Positions 49,213-58,154 of a stretch of 64,000 bases of DNA are shown one piece after another. The notes under the pieces are model-generated. The model was not told the origin of the DNA and ran no database searches. It worked only from the letters and a program-made list of their open reading frames with translations. The DNA comes from a virus (lineage: Duplodnaviria > Heunggongvirae > Uroviricota > Caudoviricetes), in the IMG/VR virus record IMGVR_UViG_3300028886_000029, positions 206,007 to 270,006 of that record, one strand, 5' to 3'. A program made the position numbers and the translations under genes. Numbering within the stretch: the first letter of the stretch is position 1; each line of letters opens with the position of its first letter.

Positions 49213-51117
49213 TTATCTAAGTTCATTGATGTCCCACTGTGTTAAACCATCCACGTGCACGTGGCCATAGAATCTGTTGTTAACACATTTCTTCGCATAA
49301 CGTGTGATTATACCTTTTACAGGAGCAAAGTTGTGTGGATTGTAGATAACAGGAGTTAACTGCATAGGGATATAAGGGGCGTAGATGTAACCTGTGTCAA
49401 GAAGGCTCTTACCCTTGTGACCAATAATGATTGACCAAGCAGGTGAATAAGGGTCTCTATAAACCTGGTATCTACCACCAAGTGAACCAACTCTCTCAAT
49501 ACCCATATTGTACTGGTCAGACTCTGCGGAAGCGTCTGAAACATGGAAGTACTCAAGGTTATCAAACACAGCTGAAATCTCAGAAGAAACTACAAGGAAG
49601 TTAGCACCACCCCTAAGAGTTGCCTTGTGGATTTGTGCTGAAACCTGATTAACCTTAGTCACAAGTTCCTGATTCCAATCTTTCTGAGTGTAGTTAGTTG
49701 AGAATGCGGCCATTCTTCTCCAACCATTGACATCCCATCTTGCTTGCCAAGGAGCAAATTTCCTAAGGTCTCTAAGGATTTCCCTATCAATCTCAGCAGC
49801 AATCTGCTCTGAAAGAAGTGCTGTTAACTCAGCCTCAGCATCAATGTTGTGGAACGCTGACACGTCCTGTGCAAGTTCAGGTGACCAGGTAGCCCTAAGT
49901 TTCCTTTCCTCAACAGCAACGACAACACTATCAAGTTTGAAAGAAACCTCACCGATTTCGGTCTCAAGCTCAAGGCTGTCATACTGACACCAAGCGACTT
50001 TGAAAAGGTTCTCAATTGACTCAGGTTTCTCAATACCAAGATAACCGTCCATTGAAGCACCCTGTACTCTTGCAGGTTTGGCAAGGTCAACATCAAGGTA
50101 GATGCAACCTTCGGCATCACAAGCACCTGCGTACTCAACCATTCCCTTACCATACTTCTGGGTCACAACTCTGAAAGGAATTGACTCATTAGCGGCAAAG
50201 CAAGTTCCAGACTCAGAACCAAGTTTGTCAGTAGCGACAACTTTAAGAGAAGCAAGGAAAGCCTCAGTATCCATTTCGTTTCCGTCAGGACCTGTAAGTC
50301 TACCTGCGTTGTAAGAAGCGAAGCCAGTAACCTTCAAAATGATGTTTCTAAGGGTACCGTCAGCATAGAGTTTAAGGTCATCCTTAGTAGCCTCAACGAG
50401 TTGTCCTCTCTTGAAAACGACAGGGACAGCCTCACCGACCTTGATATGAATCTTACCCTTTGAGTTATCGAAAAGGAAGTCATTGTAGAAAAGGTCATAA
50501 AGGGTTTTACCCATATACTTGGTAACCTCAGGGGAAACCTGCCTTACTCTCTGACCTTCCTCAAGTGTGGCGAAAGCCTCATCATATGAGGTGAAACCTG
50601 ATGCGACAACATCACCTGATTTGACATCATAGGTCTCAAAAACTTGGTCATTGACAACCTCGTCAGGAAGATAGAACCTGTTATATTTGGAACCATCCCT
50701 TCTGTCAGTTCTCTCATAACCCATAAGGCCACGATGTCTACCGGTTGTACCGTCTTCAATTTCCTCAGAAGACCACTCTCTCTCAGAGGTGACAGGAAGT
50801 AAGAAGAAAAGTTTACCGATAGGTAAGTTCATTGCCTGTACGGAGACAATATCATTAGCAAGAAGTTTGCTGAAAACCCTTCTGATGATAGGGAAGACAA
50901 CAGTCTCAAAGGAACCGCTGTTACTTGCGTCAGAAGCCTCTGAAAGCATCATCTTAGCAGTATTTTCGTAAAGGGTAGCGACATTCTCTTTAATAGCACC
51001 AACAAGGCCATCAACCATACCGAGGCTTGACCATCTGTTAGCGATTTCGTTTCTCATTTTTCTGGTTTCGTTAAGTTCGATAGTACCGACTTGACCAGAC
51101 TTTAAAAAATCAACCAT
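49213..51117 (-). CDS. Major capsid protein (T4 gp23-like)
   Basis: FPIIRRVF..LLANDIVSVQAM, RKLRATWSPELAQD....H.IDAEAEL..LLSEQIAAEIDREI, GY.YAPYIP, GIITRY. Confidence 0.97.
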   Translation of the reverse strand: MVDFLKSGQVGTIELNETRKMRNEIANRWSSLGMVDGLVGAIKENVATLYENTAKMMLSEASDASNSGSFETVVFPIIRRVFSKLLANDIVSVQAMNLPIGKLFFLLPVTSEREWSSEEIEDGTTGRHRGLMGYERTDRRDGSKYNRFYLPDEVVNDQVFETYDVKSGDVVASGFTSYDEAFATLEEGQRVRQVSPEVTKYMGKTLYDLFYNDFLFDNSKGKIHIKVGEAVPVVFKRGQLVEATKDDLKLYADGTLRNIILKVTGFASYNAGRLTGPDGNEMDTEAFLASLKVVATDKLGSESGTCFAANESIPFRVVTQKYGKGMVEYAGACDAEGCIYLDVDLAKPARVQGASMDGYLGIEKPESIENLFKVAWCQYDSLELETEIGEVSFKLDSVVVAVEERKLRATWSPELAQDVSAFHNIDAEAELTALLSEQIAAEIDREILRDLRKFAPWQARWDVNGWRRMAAFSTNYTQKDWNQELVTKVNQVSAQIHKATLRGGANFLVVSSEISAVFDNLEYFHVSDASAESDQYNMGIERVGSLGGRYQVYRDPYSPAWSIIIGHKGKSLLDTGYIYAPYIPMQLTPVIYNPHNFAPVKGIITRYAKKCVNNRFYGHVHVDGLTQWDINELR

Positions 51118-51153
51118 AATTATTAATTTCCTTTTTATTATTTTTTGTTATTT

Positions 51154-52641
51154 TTAGCAATTTTCCATTCTCTTAATCAAATCAATTGTATTAAGGAGTT
51201 GTTTTGACTGATAATTGGTTTTACCCTCATTAACTGTTTTACTACCCTCAACATTCATTGATTTACTTGATTCAAGAGTAAGGTTTGAGTTCTTTTTGAG
51301 TTGTTTGTCAAGTGTCTCGTAGAGTTTGTTTGATTGCTCAATTGTTTTCGCCTCGTTTGAGAACCTTTCAACAATCTCAATTTTTTCTTGTTGGCTAACG
51401 GTGTTCTCAGTAAAGAGTCTTGTTATCCTTGCAAGATTGTTGTTGGCGACATATGCTTCTTTGACGGTATTTCTTAAATCACTGACAGCCTTTCTAAGCA
51501 TGTTGTTTTCTTTCTTGTAAGCCTCAGCGATTTCCTTGTAATCACTACCGACAGAAATATGTCTTGATACCTTTGGTGCATTTACGTCACCAGAGTTAGG
51601 GGATTTGGTCTTAGGTGACCTTCTCTTAGGTGCTTTTGCTACAGTAACACCCTCGTCAACGATAGGTTCTTCAGTTGGTGAAGTGGCACCACATTCGTCA
51701 ACTTGTTCCTCTGTTACTGTTTTCTCAAAAGGCTCACCCTTTGATTTGGAGTCACCTGCCCATGGTTTCTCAGTACCTGTGGGTACTCCCTTCTCCCAAG
51801 ATTTGCCTGATTTTGAAGGCTCAGTATTGGAAAGTCCTTTAATCGGGTCTTTGTCTTGGTAGTCATCTGTATATCCAAGGTCAACCTCGAATATCATTCC
51901 TTTGCTTTCTTTCATAACTTTTTTAGTTTTTTTGCCTTCACCAATAGGCTCATTATTTGGTGTCTCATCAAAGTCACTGAGTTCAAAATCGTCAGGAACG
52001 AGTTCATCGTCCTCATCCTCATCTGAAGGAATACCTGCGATGTCCTCAGGACCTTCTTTTATAACACCTTCTGTCATACTCTCTTCCTCACCACCTTCAA
52101 CGGTCTCATCACCGTCCGTACCAAGGTCAATTATGAATTCGCTACCAGACTCATTGTCTTTCAAAGAGATTTTGTCACCGTCTTTTTTGACAACAACCCT
52201 GTCATCATCATCCAATAATTTATAAACCTTCACTAATTTGTCATAGTCTTGCACATCTGTGAGGTCATAAGTATTATCATCACCAACCTGATAGTCAGAG
52301 AAAGTGTCCCATTCATCTTCATCGGTTTCAGGTTTCTCCTCTGTTTCTTCCTCCTCCTCACTTTCAGTGTCATCACTGTCGGTGGATTCAGGTTCCTCAG
52401 CGGTTTCTTCACCATCAGCACTTACCTCGTCATCAGTTTGTGTTTCTTTTTCATCATCAACAACTTCGTAATCGTCATCTACCTTATCCTCCTCATCGTC
52501 TTCGATAGATTCACGAATAACATCCTTAACTGCCTCACTGAGCATATCTTTCAATGTGCTCTTGCTTTCCTCCTTAATAGTCTCCTTAAGTTTTTGGGCA
52601 TCAAGGACTGCTTCTTTAATTGTATTATTTGATTTGCTCAT
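51154..52641 (-). CDS. Prohead core/scaffold protein (T4 gp22-like)
   Basis: Very acidic, coiled-coil, directly upstream of the capsid gene, many L/I/V/M-x-E sites. Confidence 0.8.
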   Translation of the reverse strand: MSKSNNTIKEAVLDAQKLKETIKEESKSTLKDMLSEAVKDVIRESIEDDEEDKVDDDYEVVDDEKETQTDDEVSADGEETAEEPESTDSDDTESEEEEETEEKPETDEDEWDTFSDYQVGDDNTYDLTDVQDYDKLVKVYKLLDDDDRVVVKKDGDKISLKDNESGSEFIIDLGTDGDETVEGGEEESMTEGVIKEGPEDIAGIPSDEDEDDELVPDDFELSDFDETPNNEPIGEGKKTKKVMKESKGMIFEVDLGYTDDYQDKDPIKGLSNTEPSKSGKSWEKGVPTGTEKPWAGDSKSKGEPFEKTVTEEQVDECGATSPTEEPIVDEGVTVAKAPKRRSPKTKSPNSGDVNAPKVSRHISVGSDYKEIAEAYKKENNMLRKAVSDLRNTVKEAYVANNNLARITRLFTENTVSQQEKIEIVERFSNEAKTIEQSNKLYETLDKQLKKNSNLTLESSKSMNVEGSKTVNEGKTNYQSKQLLNTIDLIKRMENC

Positions 52642-52773
52642 ATAAAAAAGCATTATTAAAATCTTATTATTTCAACAATAAATATTAGATGTTTTCAAAA
52701 AATCTGAAAAATCAACAAATAAATAGTTGAAAATTAGATTTTTTCTTCGATTTATATTAATTTTAACGAAAAA

Positions 52774-52796
52774 TGGAGGTATTTTTAGTACCTCCA
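52774..52796 (-). terminator. Intrinsic terminator overlapping the stop of 52785-53597
   Basis: TGGAGGTA-N7-TACCTCCA with T-tract on the minus strand. Confidence 0.7.
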
Positions 52797-53597
52797 CCCC
52801 TGTTTTTTAATTTTATCTTGTTTAACTTTTATTATAACTCTTCCGATTTTCCTCAATAACGCATCAATTGATTTGCGGACTTTTGTTTTAGAAATTTTGT
52901 ATTTGGTGAACTCGTTCAACATTTCTTGATTATCATCCAACTCATTATAAATTGTTATCATTTCAGAATACAGTTTCCAACATTCTGATTTATAAAGGGA
53001 TTGCATTGAAAAAACACCAGGTGAAGACATTAAAAAAGCATACAAACCGTTAACAAAACCATCTTGTTCTGATTTAATAGTGCCATATATTAGTTTCGCC
53101 ACTTGTTTCACAATTTTGTCGTTTGAATTAATGTTTGTCGCTATTGTCGCATAATATTCCTCATTGGAAAATCTTTTTCCTGCAACGATTTGTTGATAAA
53201 GATGTTCTATTTCATGTTGAATTGTGTCAATGACAACATTTTTAACTACTGTACCTGAAATCATAGGTACATCAACACCCATAAAACAAGTGTTTTTATT
53301 CAAGTAGACACTCCAACCATTTGACTCAAACTTCGAATAATCAAAATACTCTTTGTTAAAAAAATTGTAACAATTAACAGTACAAATAACCTTACAATTT
53401 AAAAAATCAAAAGTTAAACTACCATTATAATAATTAAATAACTCGTTCTTTTCACCTATGCTTTTATTAGTGTTAATGACTGTTTCTAATAAAGAAAAAA
53501 CTTCCAATGTTTTGTTAGATACTTCTTCTGAAATACCTAATTCCTCATTTAGAAGTTTATTAAATTGTTCTTCTGTTATAATAATTTGTTTAGCCAT
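52785..53597 (-). CDS. Leader-bearing HExxH metallopeptidase-like protein
   Basis: MAKQIIITEEQFNKLLNEE leader; TIQHEIEHLYQ and downstream SEQDGF. Confidence 0.6.
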   Translation of the reverse strand: MAKQIIITEEQFNKLLNEELGISEEVSNKTLEVFSLLETVINTNKSIGEKNELFNYYNGSLTFDFLNCKVICTVNCYNFFNKEYFDYSKFESNGWSVYLNKNTCFMGVDVPMISGTVVKNVVIDTIQHEIEHLYQQIVAGKRFSNEEYYATIATNINSNDKIVKQVAKLIYGTIKSEQDGFVNGLYAFLMSSPGVFSMQSLYKSECWKLYSEMITIYNELDDNQEMLNEFTKYKISKTKVRKSIDALLRKIGRVIIKVKQDKIKKQGWRY

Positions 53598-54948
53598 TTA
53601 AAAAAGAATTAATTAATTCATTTAAACTTGTATATGTATTACTGTTATTGTATATGATATCTATATCAAATATTTTTTTATCATTTGAATAATATAATAG
53701 TTTTACATTGTTATTTTCACATAATTCTTTTTTGGTTATGTCTCTATTAACAACATCTGAATTATTTAAAACATTCCATCCATTATAAAGTGTTTCACTA
53801 TAATGCTGCGAACCTTGACATTCAATTGCAATATTGTAATCTGGTAAATAAAAATCTAAACTTTGTCTCCCTAACCAATCAAATCTTTTTTGGTATTCAT
53901 ATTTAATTTTCACTTCATCTAATTTTTTTGATAATTCTTTTTCTAAATGACTTTCCCTACATTTTTGACAACCACCTTTTGCTAAATGTATTGATGGTTT
54001 CTGTTTAAAAACACCATGCACAGGACAAATAATTTCAACCTCAACATCGTAACCCTGATAATTAACCAAAGAATAGTCATATTTCCATCCATGTATTTCT
54101 CTTGCCTTCCTAATAAATTGTTCTTTCGTTAATCTTTTGTTAAAACCATTTTGTTCGTCAGCACAAGCATCACATCCTTGTCCTCCTAAATGTTTGTTGG
54201 GTGTAATCATAAATTTTCCATGTTTTGGACATGTTAAAACCACTTTTTCTTTGTTACCTTGATAGTCAACTAAAGAATAATCATATTTGTTACCATGTAT
54301 CTCTTTAGCCTCTTTAATAAATTGTTCAGTAGTTTTTTTTCTTGTTTCACCACTTCTTTCATAATAACATTGTTGACAACCATGATTTTGAAGATGGTAC
54401 AAAGGTGTTTGTTTAAATTCACCATGTTTATTACAAATGATTATTATGGGTATTTTGTTACCTTGATAATCTACTTTAGAATAGTCATATTTATCCCCAT
54501 GAACTTCCCTTGCCTCTTCAATAAACTGTTCAGTGGTTTTTTTAAAATTTTTATAACAAAGTGGGCATTTATCACCATATAAATGTCTTGTGGGTTTTTG
54601 TTTAAAATCACCATGTATTGGGCAGGTTATAATTATTTTACCCTGTTCATCTTTGTGTTCTAAATTTGTTTTACTATAGTCATATTTATTACCATGTTTT
54701 AGTTTAGCCTTTGTGATAAACTCATCTGTTGTCATTTTTTTAGTGCCACCGCATTTTTGACACCCATGGTGATTAATAAAATCATTTGCTTTCGTCTGAA
54801 AATCACCATGTATTGGGCAAGTAACAATGATTTTATTATTAATACCAGTATATTCTACTTTGTCTAAAATATACCTGTCACCCCAAACTTTTTTTATTTT
54901 TTCTTTAAATTCTTCAGTTGTATATTTTAATTTTTGTTTACCCATTTA
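53585..54948 (-). repeat. 15/16-bp direct repeat TAAATGG(G/C)TAAACAAA flanking the endonuclease gene
   Basis: Plus-strand copies at 53585-53600 and 54933-54948; each is an ATG/stop overlap. Confidence 0.75.
53590..54945 (-). CDS. Putative homing endonuclease: five zinc-binding repeats plus PD-(D/E)xK/Vsr-like nuclease
   Basis: Five units of TTE.FI..A...HG.KYDYS...CP.HG.F...P..HL...GC..C, then LDFYLPDYNIAIECQG.QH. Confidence 0.8.
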   Translation of the reverse strand: MGKQKLKYTTEEFKEKIKKVWGDRYILDKVEYTGINNKIIVTCPIHGDFQTKANDFINHHGCQKCGGTKKMTTDEFITKAKLKHGNKYDYSKTNLEHKDEQGKIIITCPIHGDFKQKPTRHLYGDKCPLCYKNFKKTTEQFIEEAREVHGDKYDYSKVDYQGNKIPIIIICNKHGEFKQTPLYHLQNHGCQQCYYERSGETRKKTTEQFIKEAKEIHGNKYDYSLVDYQGNKEKVVLTCPKHGKFMITPNKHLGGQGCDACADEQNGFNKRLTKEQFIRKAREIHGWKYDYSLVNYQGYDVEVEIICPVHGVFKQKPSIHLAKGGCQKCRESHLEKELSKKLDEVKIKYEYQKRFDWLGRQSLDFYLPDYNIAIECQGSQHYSETLYNGWNVLNNSDVVNRDITKKELCENNNVKLLYYSNDKKIFDIDIIYNNSNTYTSLNELINSFLNG

Positions 54949-55663
54949 GCCAATTGTTAAATTTACCTAATTTATCAAAAAGATAACTATTTTTTTGACT
55001 ATTGTCAATACTTTCGATAAATTGTTGTGGTATTTCTCCATTAGGAAATAAAAATGCCTGGGAAGTTGAGGGGTCACTAACCAAATCCCACGTTACCAAC
55101 TCAAAATCATCGCCAACATATAAAACACCATTTCTTTGAGTTACAGAACCTAATCCTCTACTTGATACTCCTAATTTATATCCTTCTAAAATAAGATTCG
55201 CAGCCCAATCGCCTTCACTTGATGCAATACCATATTTTCTAAAACCAGGTGTTGTAATAATTTCAAGTTTTCCAACAACAGTATTTTTTTCCCAATGTAA
55301 CTCTACAATGTTGAGTGACATTCTGGAAATATCAACCGTTGAACTTTCAGGATGATTTGTTTCTCCTAGTGCCGATTTTTCTCTAATTTTTGTTTGGAAT
55401 TTTTCTATCTCTCTTTCCAAAATATGTCTTGGATAAATTCTACCATTAGCATTTTCAGTGTCTGCTTTTTGAAATATCGCATCCACAATAAACGGATATG
55501 GGCAATGGAAATCATCTCCATCCCCAATACCCTCATTTAGTTTTTTATATGATTCAAAGAGTGTTTTGTTATTTCCACAATCTTTTGATACGAACCCATC
55601 ATGTTCAATTAACAAACCGGTTCCAATTTCACCTTTTTTAATAATTTCATATATTTTGCCCAT
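54938..55663 (-). CDS. Prohead protease (T4 gp21-like)
   Basis: ENANGRIYP, ALGETNHP, LGVSSRGLGSV, FELVTWDLVSDPST. Confidence 0.95.
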   Translation of the reverse strand: MGKIYEIIKKGEIGTGLLIEHDGFVSKDCGNNKTLFESYKKLNEGIGDGDDFHCPYPFIVDAIFQKADTENANGRIYPRHILEREIEKFQTKIREKSALGETNHPESSTVDISRMSLNIVELHWEKNTVVGKLEIITTPGFRKYGIASSEGDWAANLILEGYKLGVSSRGLGSVTQRNGVLYVGDDFELVTWDLVSDPSTSQAFLFPNGEIPQQFIESIDNSQKNSYLFDKLGKFNNWLNG

Positions 55664-56618
55664 TTTTTATTTCTTTTAATAATTCTTCTTTATTACTAAA
55701 TACAGTATACGGAAAATTAAAATTTTTAATGTTAGAATAGTAAAATAATTTTATATTATTCTTTTCACATAAATATCTTTTTAATTCGTCATTTTTTATT
55801 CTTCTTCTATATTTCTCATTACCACCAAAATGCTTTATTGGTTTAAAATGTTGTTCACCCTGACATTCTATTGCTATATTATAATCAGGAAGATAAAAAT
55901 CTAACTCAACATTAGTTTTAAATAATTTTCTTTCGTGTAAACTATATTTTATGTTATTCTCTTTTAATAACATACTTATTTCTTTTTCCATTTTTGATGT
56001 TTTACAATAAGGACATTCACGACCGCATAAATGTGAATGTGGTGTTTGCCAAAACTCACCGTGTCTAGGACATATTATACATACTTTAGTATGATTATTA
56101 ACATATTCAACTTTAGAATAATCATATTTATCACTATGAATTTTTCTTGCTTTTTCGATAAAATGTTCTTTGTTAGAACTTGTTTTTCTATTTGCTATTA
56201 TTCTTCCACACATTGGGCAACCACAACCATCTAAATGGTCATTCGGTGTTTGCCAAAACTCACCGTGTCTAGGGCATATTATACATACTTTAGTATAATT
56301 ATTAACATATTCAACTTTAGAATAATCATATTTATCACCATGAATTTTTCTTGCTTTTTCGATAAAACTAATGGTGTTTAATTGTGAACTTTTACCCCTT
56401 TTATCATCATTAAAACATTCAACGCAACCACAACCGTTTAAATGGTCACCAGGCCTTTGCCAAAACTCACCATGTTTAGGACAAATTATACATATTTTAG
56501 TTCTATTATTAATATAATTCACTTTAGAATAATTATATTTGTTACCATGAACTAACCGTGCCTTTTCAACAAATTGTTCTTGTGTTAATTTTTTTGTTGA
56601 ATGTCTCTTTTTATCCAT
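55647..56618 (-). CDS. Putative homing endonuclease: three zinc-binding repeats plus nuclease
   Basis: Three HG.KY.YSKV.Y...CP.HGEFWQ.P..HL.G..C..C units and LDFYLPDYNIAIECQGEQH. Confidence 0.8.
   Translation of the reverse strand: MDKKRHSTKKLTQEQFVEKARLVHGNKYNYSKVNYINNRTKICIICPKHGEFWQRPGDHLNGCGCVECFNDDKRGKSSQLNTISFIEKARKIHGDKYDYSKVEYVNNYTKVCIICPRHGEFWQTPNDHLDGCGCPMCGRIIANRKTSSNKEHFIEKARKIHSDKYDYSKVEYVNNHTKVCIICPRHGEFWQTPHSHLCGRECPYCKTSKMEKEISMLLKENNIKYSLHERKLFKTNVELDFYLPDYNIAIECQGEQHFKPIKHFGGNEKYRRRIKNDELKRYLCEKNNIKLFYYSNIKNFNFPYTVFSNKEELLKEIKNGQNI
56041..56367. repeat. Near-identical ~123-bp internal repeat, 204-bp period
   Basis: 56041-56163 versus 56245-56367, about 3 mismatches by eye. 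Confidence 0.85.
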
Positions 56619-56622
56619 AACC

Positions 56623-57372
56623 TTAGCAATATTTTTTTAGTTGTAACAAAATATTTTTTACCCTCTCGTCAGAAATAAGGTCATAATTATCCATCATATT
56701 ATAGATAGCCCTAAACGCTCTATCGTCAAACGGATTAATCTCATAATAATATTTAAGGGAGGCCACCATAGTGTCGAACTTGGATTGTTTGAATCCCCAT
56801 TCATTTTCTTCTGGCGCATTAGTCTCATCAAATATATCTGACAATTGCTTAATCAATCCCTCAATATTTTTGCCCCAACTGAATTCCATTCCAATTGAGC
56901 CTTCGGATGGTGTGTCATAATCTCTTTCGTCACTTTCCCTGACCAACCTCTTCATGTTTCTTAAAATAGACTCACCAACCATTTTATATAAATCAGACTC
57001 ATTTATCTTAACGATGTTTTTTGACTCATCAACAAATTTATCATAGTTGTTGACATTAATCTTGTTCTTGGACATCTTGTCTTTTTTGGCGGTCATATGG
57101 AGTTTAGACTTTGCCTTAAAACCGTCACCATATAAATCCCTTTCGGCATCCCTATTACCTTTCCTCATGGCATGTAACTCGTCCTTAGGATAATTGTGTT
57201 TTTTCTGTCCATGGGATTCGGCAAGCAATCCCGCATTTGTCATCATGTTATATATTTGTCTAATATAAGGATATACTTTTTTCACCATACCCCTTAACTC
57301 AGGGTACTCAGTATCCAAACTATCATCAAATCTTAAAGCATCCATTGTGCTTAAAAATTCCTCTACATTCAT
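56623..57372 (-). CDS. Hypothetical protein with internal leader-like motif
   Basis: KNIVKINESDLYKMVGESILRNMKRLVRES in mid-protein. Confidence 0.7.
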   Translation of the reverse strand: MNVEEFLSTMDALRFDDSLDTEYPELRGMVKKVYPYIRQIYNMMTNAGLLAESHGQKKHNYPKDELHAMRKGNRDAERDLYGDGFKAKSKLHMTAKKDKMSKNKINVNNYDKFVDESKNIVKINESDLYKMVGESILRNMKRLVRESDERDYDTPSEGSIGMEFSWGKNIEGLIKQLSDIFDETNAPEENEWGFKQSKFDTMVASLKYYYEINPFDDRAFRAIYNMMDNYDLISDERVKNILLQLKKYC

Positions 57373-57395
57373 GTCCTCTAATATTTTTTACTTTA

Positions 57396-58154
57396 TTAAT
57401 ATAACTCAATCATTCCGTCATCAGACGAAATCCAAGTCCCATCGCTTTCAAGTGCCCTACCAAAAGCCTCATAATCAAAATATCTTTCCAGTGTTTGCTT
57501 GTCAAGATGTTCAACACCACCATAGATATTATCAACAATCGCCTCACCAAGAGCGGTATCATCACCCTCACTCACACCATACTCATCATAAACGGTTTCA
57601 GCATCTGAATCCTCAGAAGGACCGTCAAAAGAACAATCCCTACCAAAAGCCTCATAATCGAAATAATAATCAAGATTCTGTGGCATACCCATATCGTCAA
57701 CAATCTGATAAGCGACATCGGTCATGTCGTCACACCCGTAATAAACATGAATGTCGTCAATAACATTGAAATATTCATCAACATCAGACACATGGTCAGC
57801 CACCGCACATTTAATGTCGTAAGAATAATCACTATCATCATTCATGAAATCCCAGAACCTGCCATCAATACTACTTTCACTTATGAATATTTGTGGGATG
57901 TACTCATAATCCTGAAACATCAGTTCAGGACTTCTTTCATTGGCGTGTAGTTTTTGATAACAATAATTAAGAAACTCCTCTTTGGATGAAAACTGTGTCA
58001 AATCAACCCAACCGCCTTCCAAAGAACCATTGTTATATTTTCCATATGTTCCAACATATATAGCAGGGTGTACATTGTTTTGCTCACTTTCCCTTAAAAT
58101 CCTTTTTATGGATTCGGTAATCATATATTTAAAATCATTATATGTTAGTTTCAT
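57396..58154 (-). CDS. ardA: Antirestriction protein ArdA with N-terminal leader
   Basis: AIYVGTYGKYNNGSLEGGWVDL, ELMFQDYE, ISES, two YFDYEAFGR motifs; strongly acidic. Confidence 0.9.
   Translation of the reverse strand: MKLTYNDFKYMITESIKRILRESEQNNVHPAIYVGTYGKYNNGSLEGGWVDLTQFSSKEEFLNYCYQKLHANERSPELMFQDYEYIPQIFISESSIDGRFWDFMNDDSDYSYDIKCAVADHVSDVDEYFNVIDDIHVYYGCDDMTDVAYQIVDDMGMPQNLDYYFDYEAFGRDCSFDGPSEDSDAETVYDEYGVSEGDDTALGEAIVDNIYGGVEHLDKQTLERYFDYEAFGRALESDGTWISSDDGMIELY

Noticed and set aside
55647-56630. Junction duplication around the second endonuclease or the 63-aa repeat gene
   Set aside because: Only ATGG-level similarity; no convincing direct repeat.
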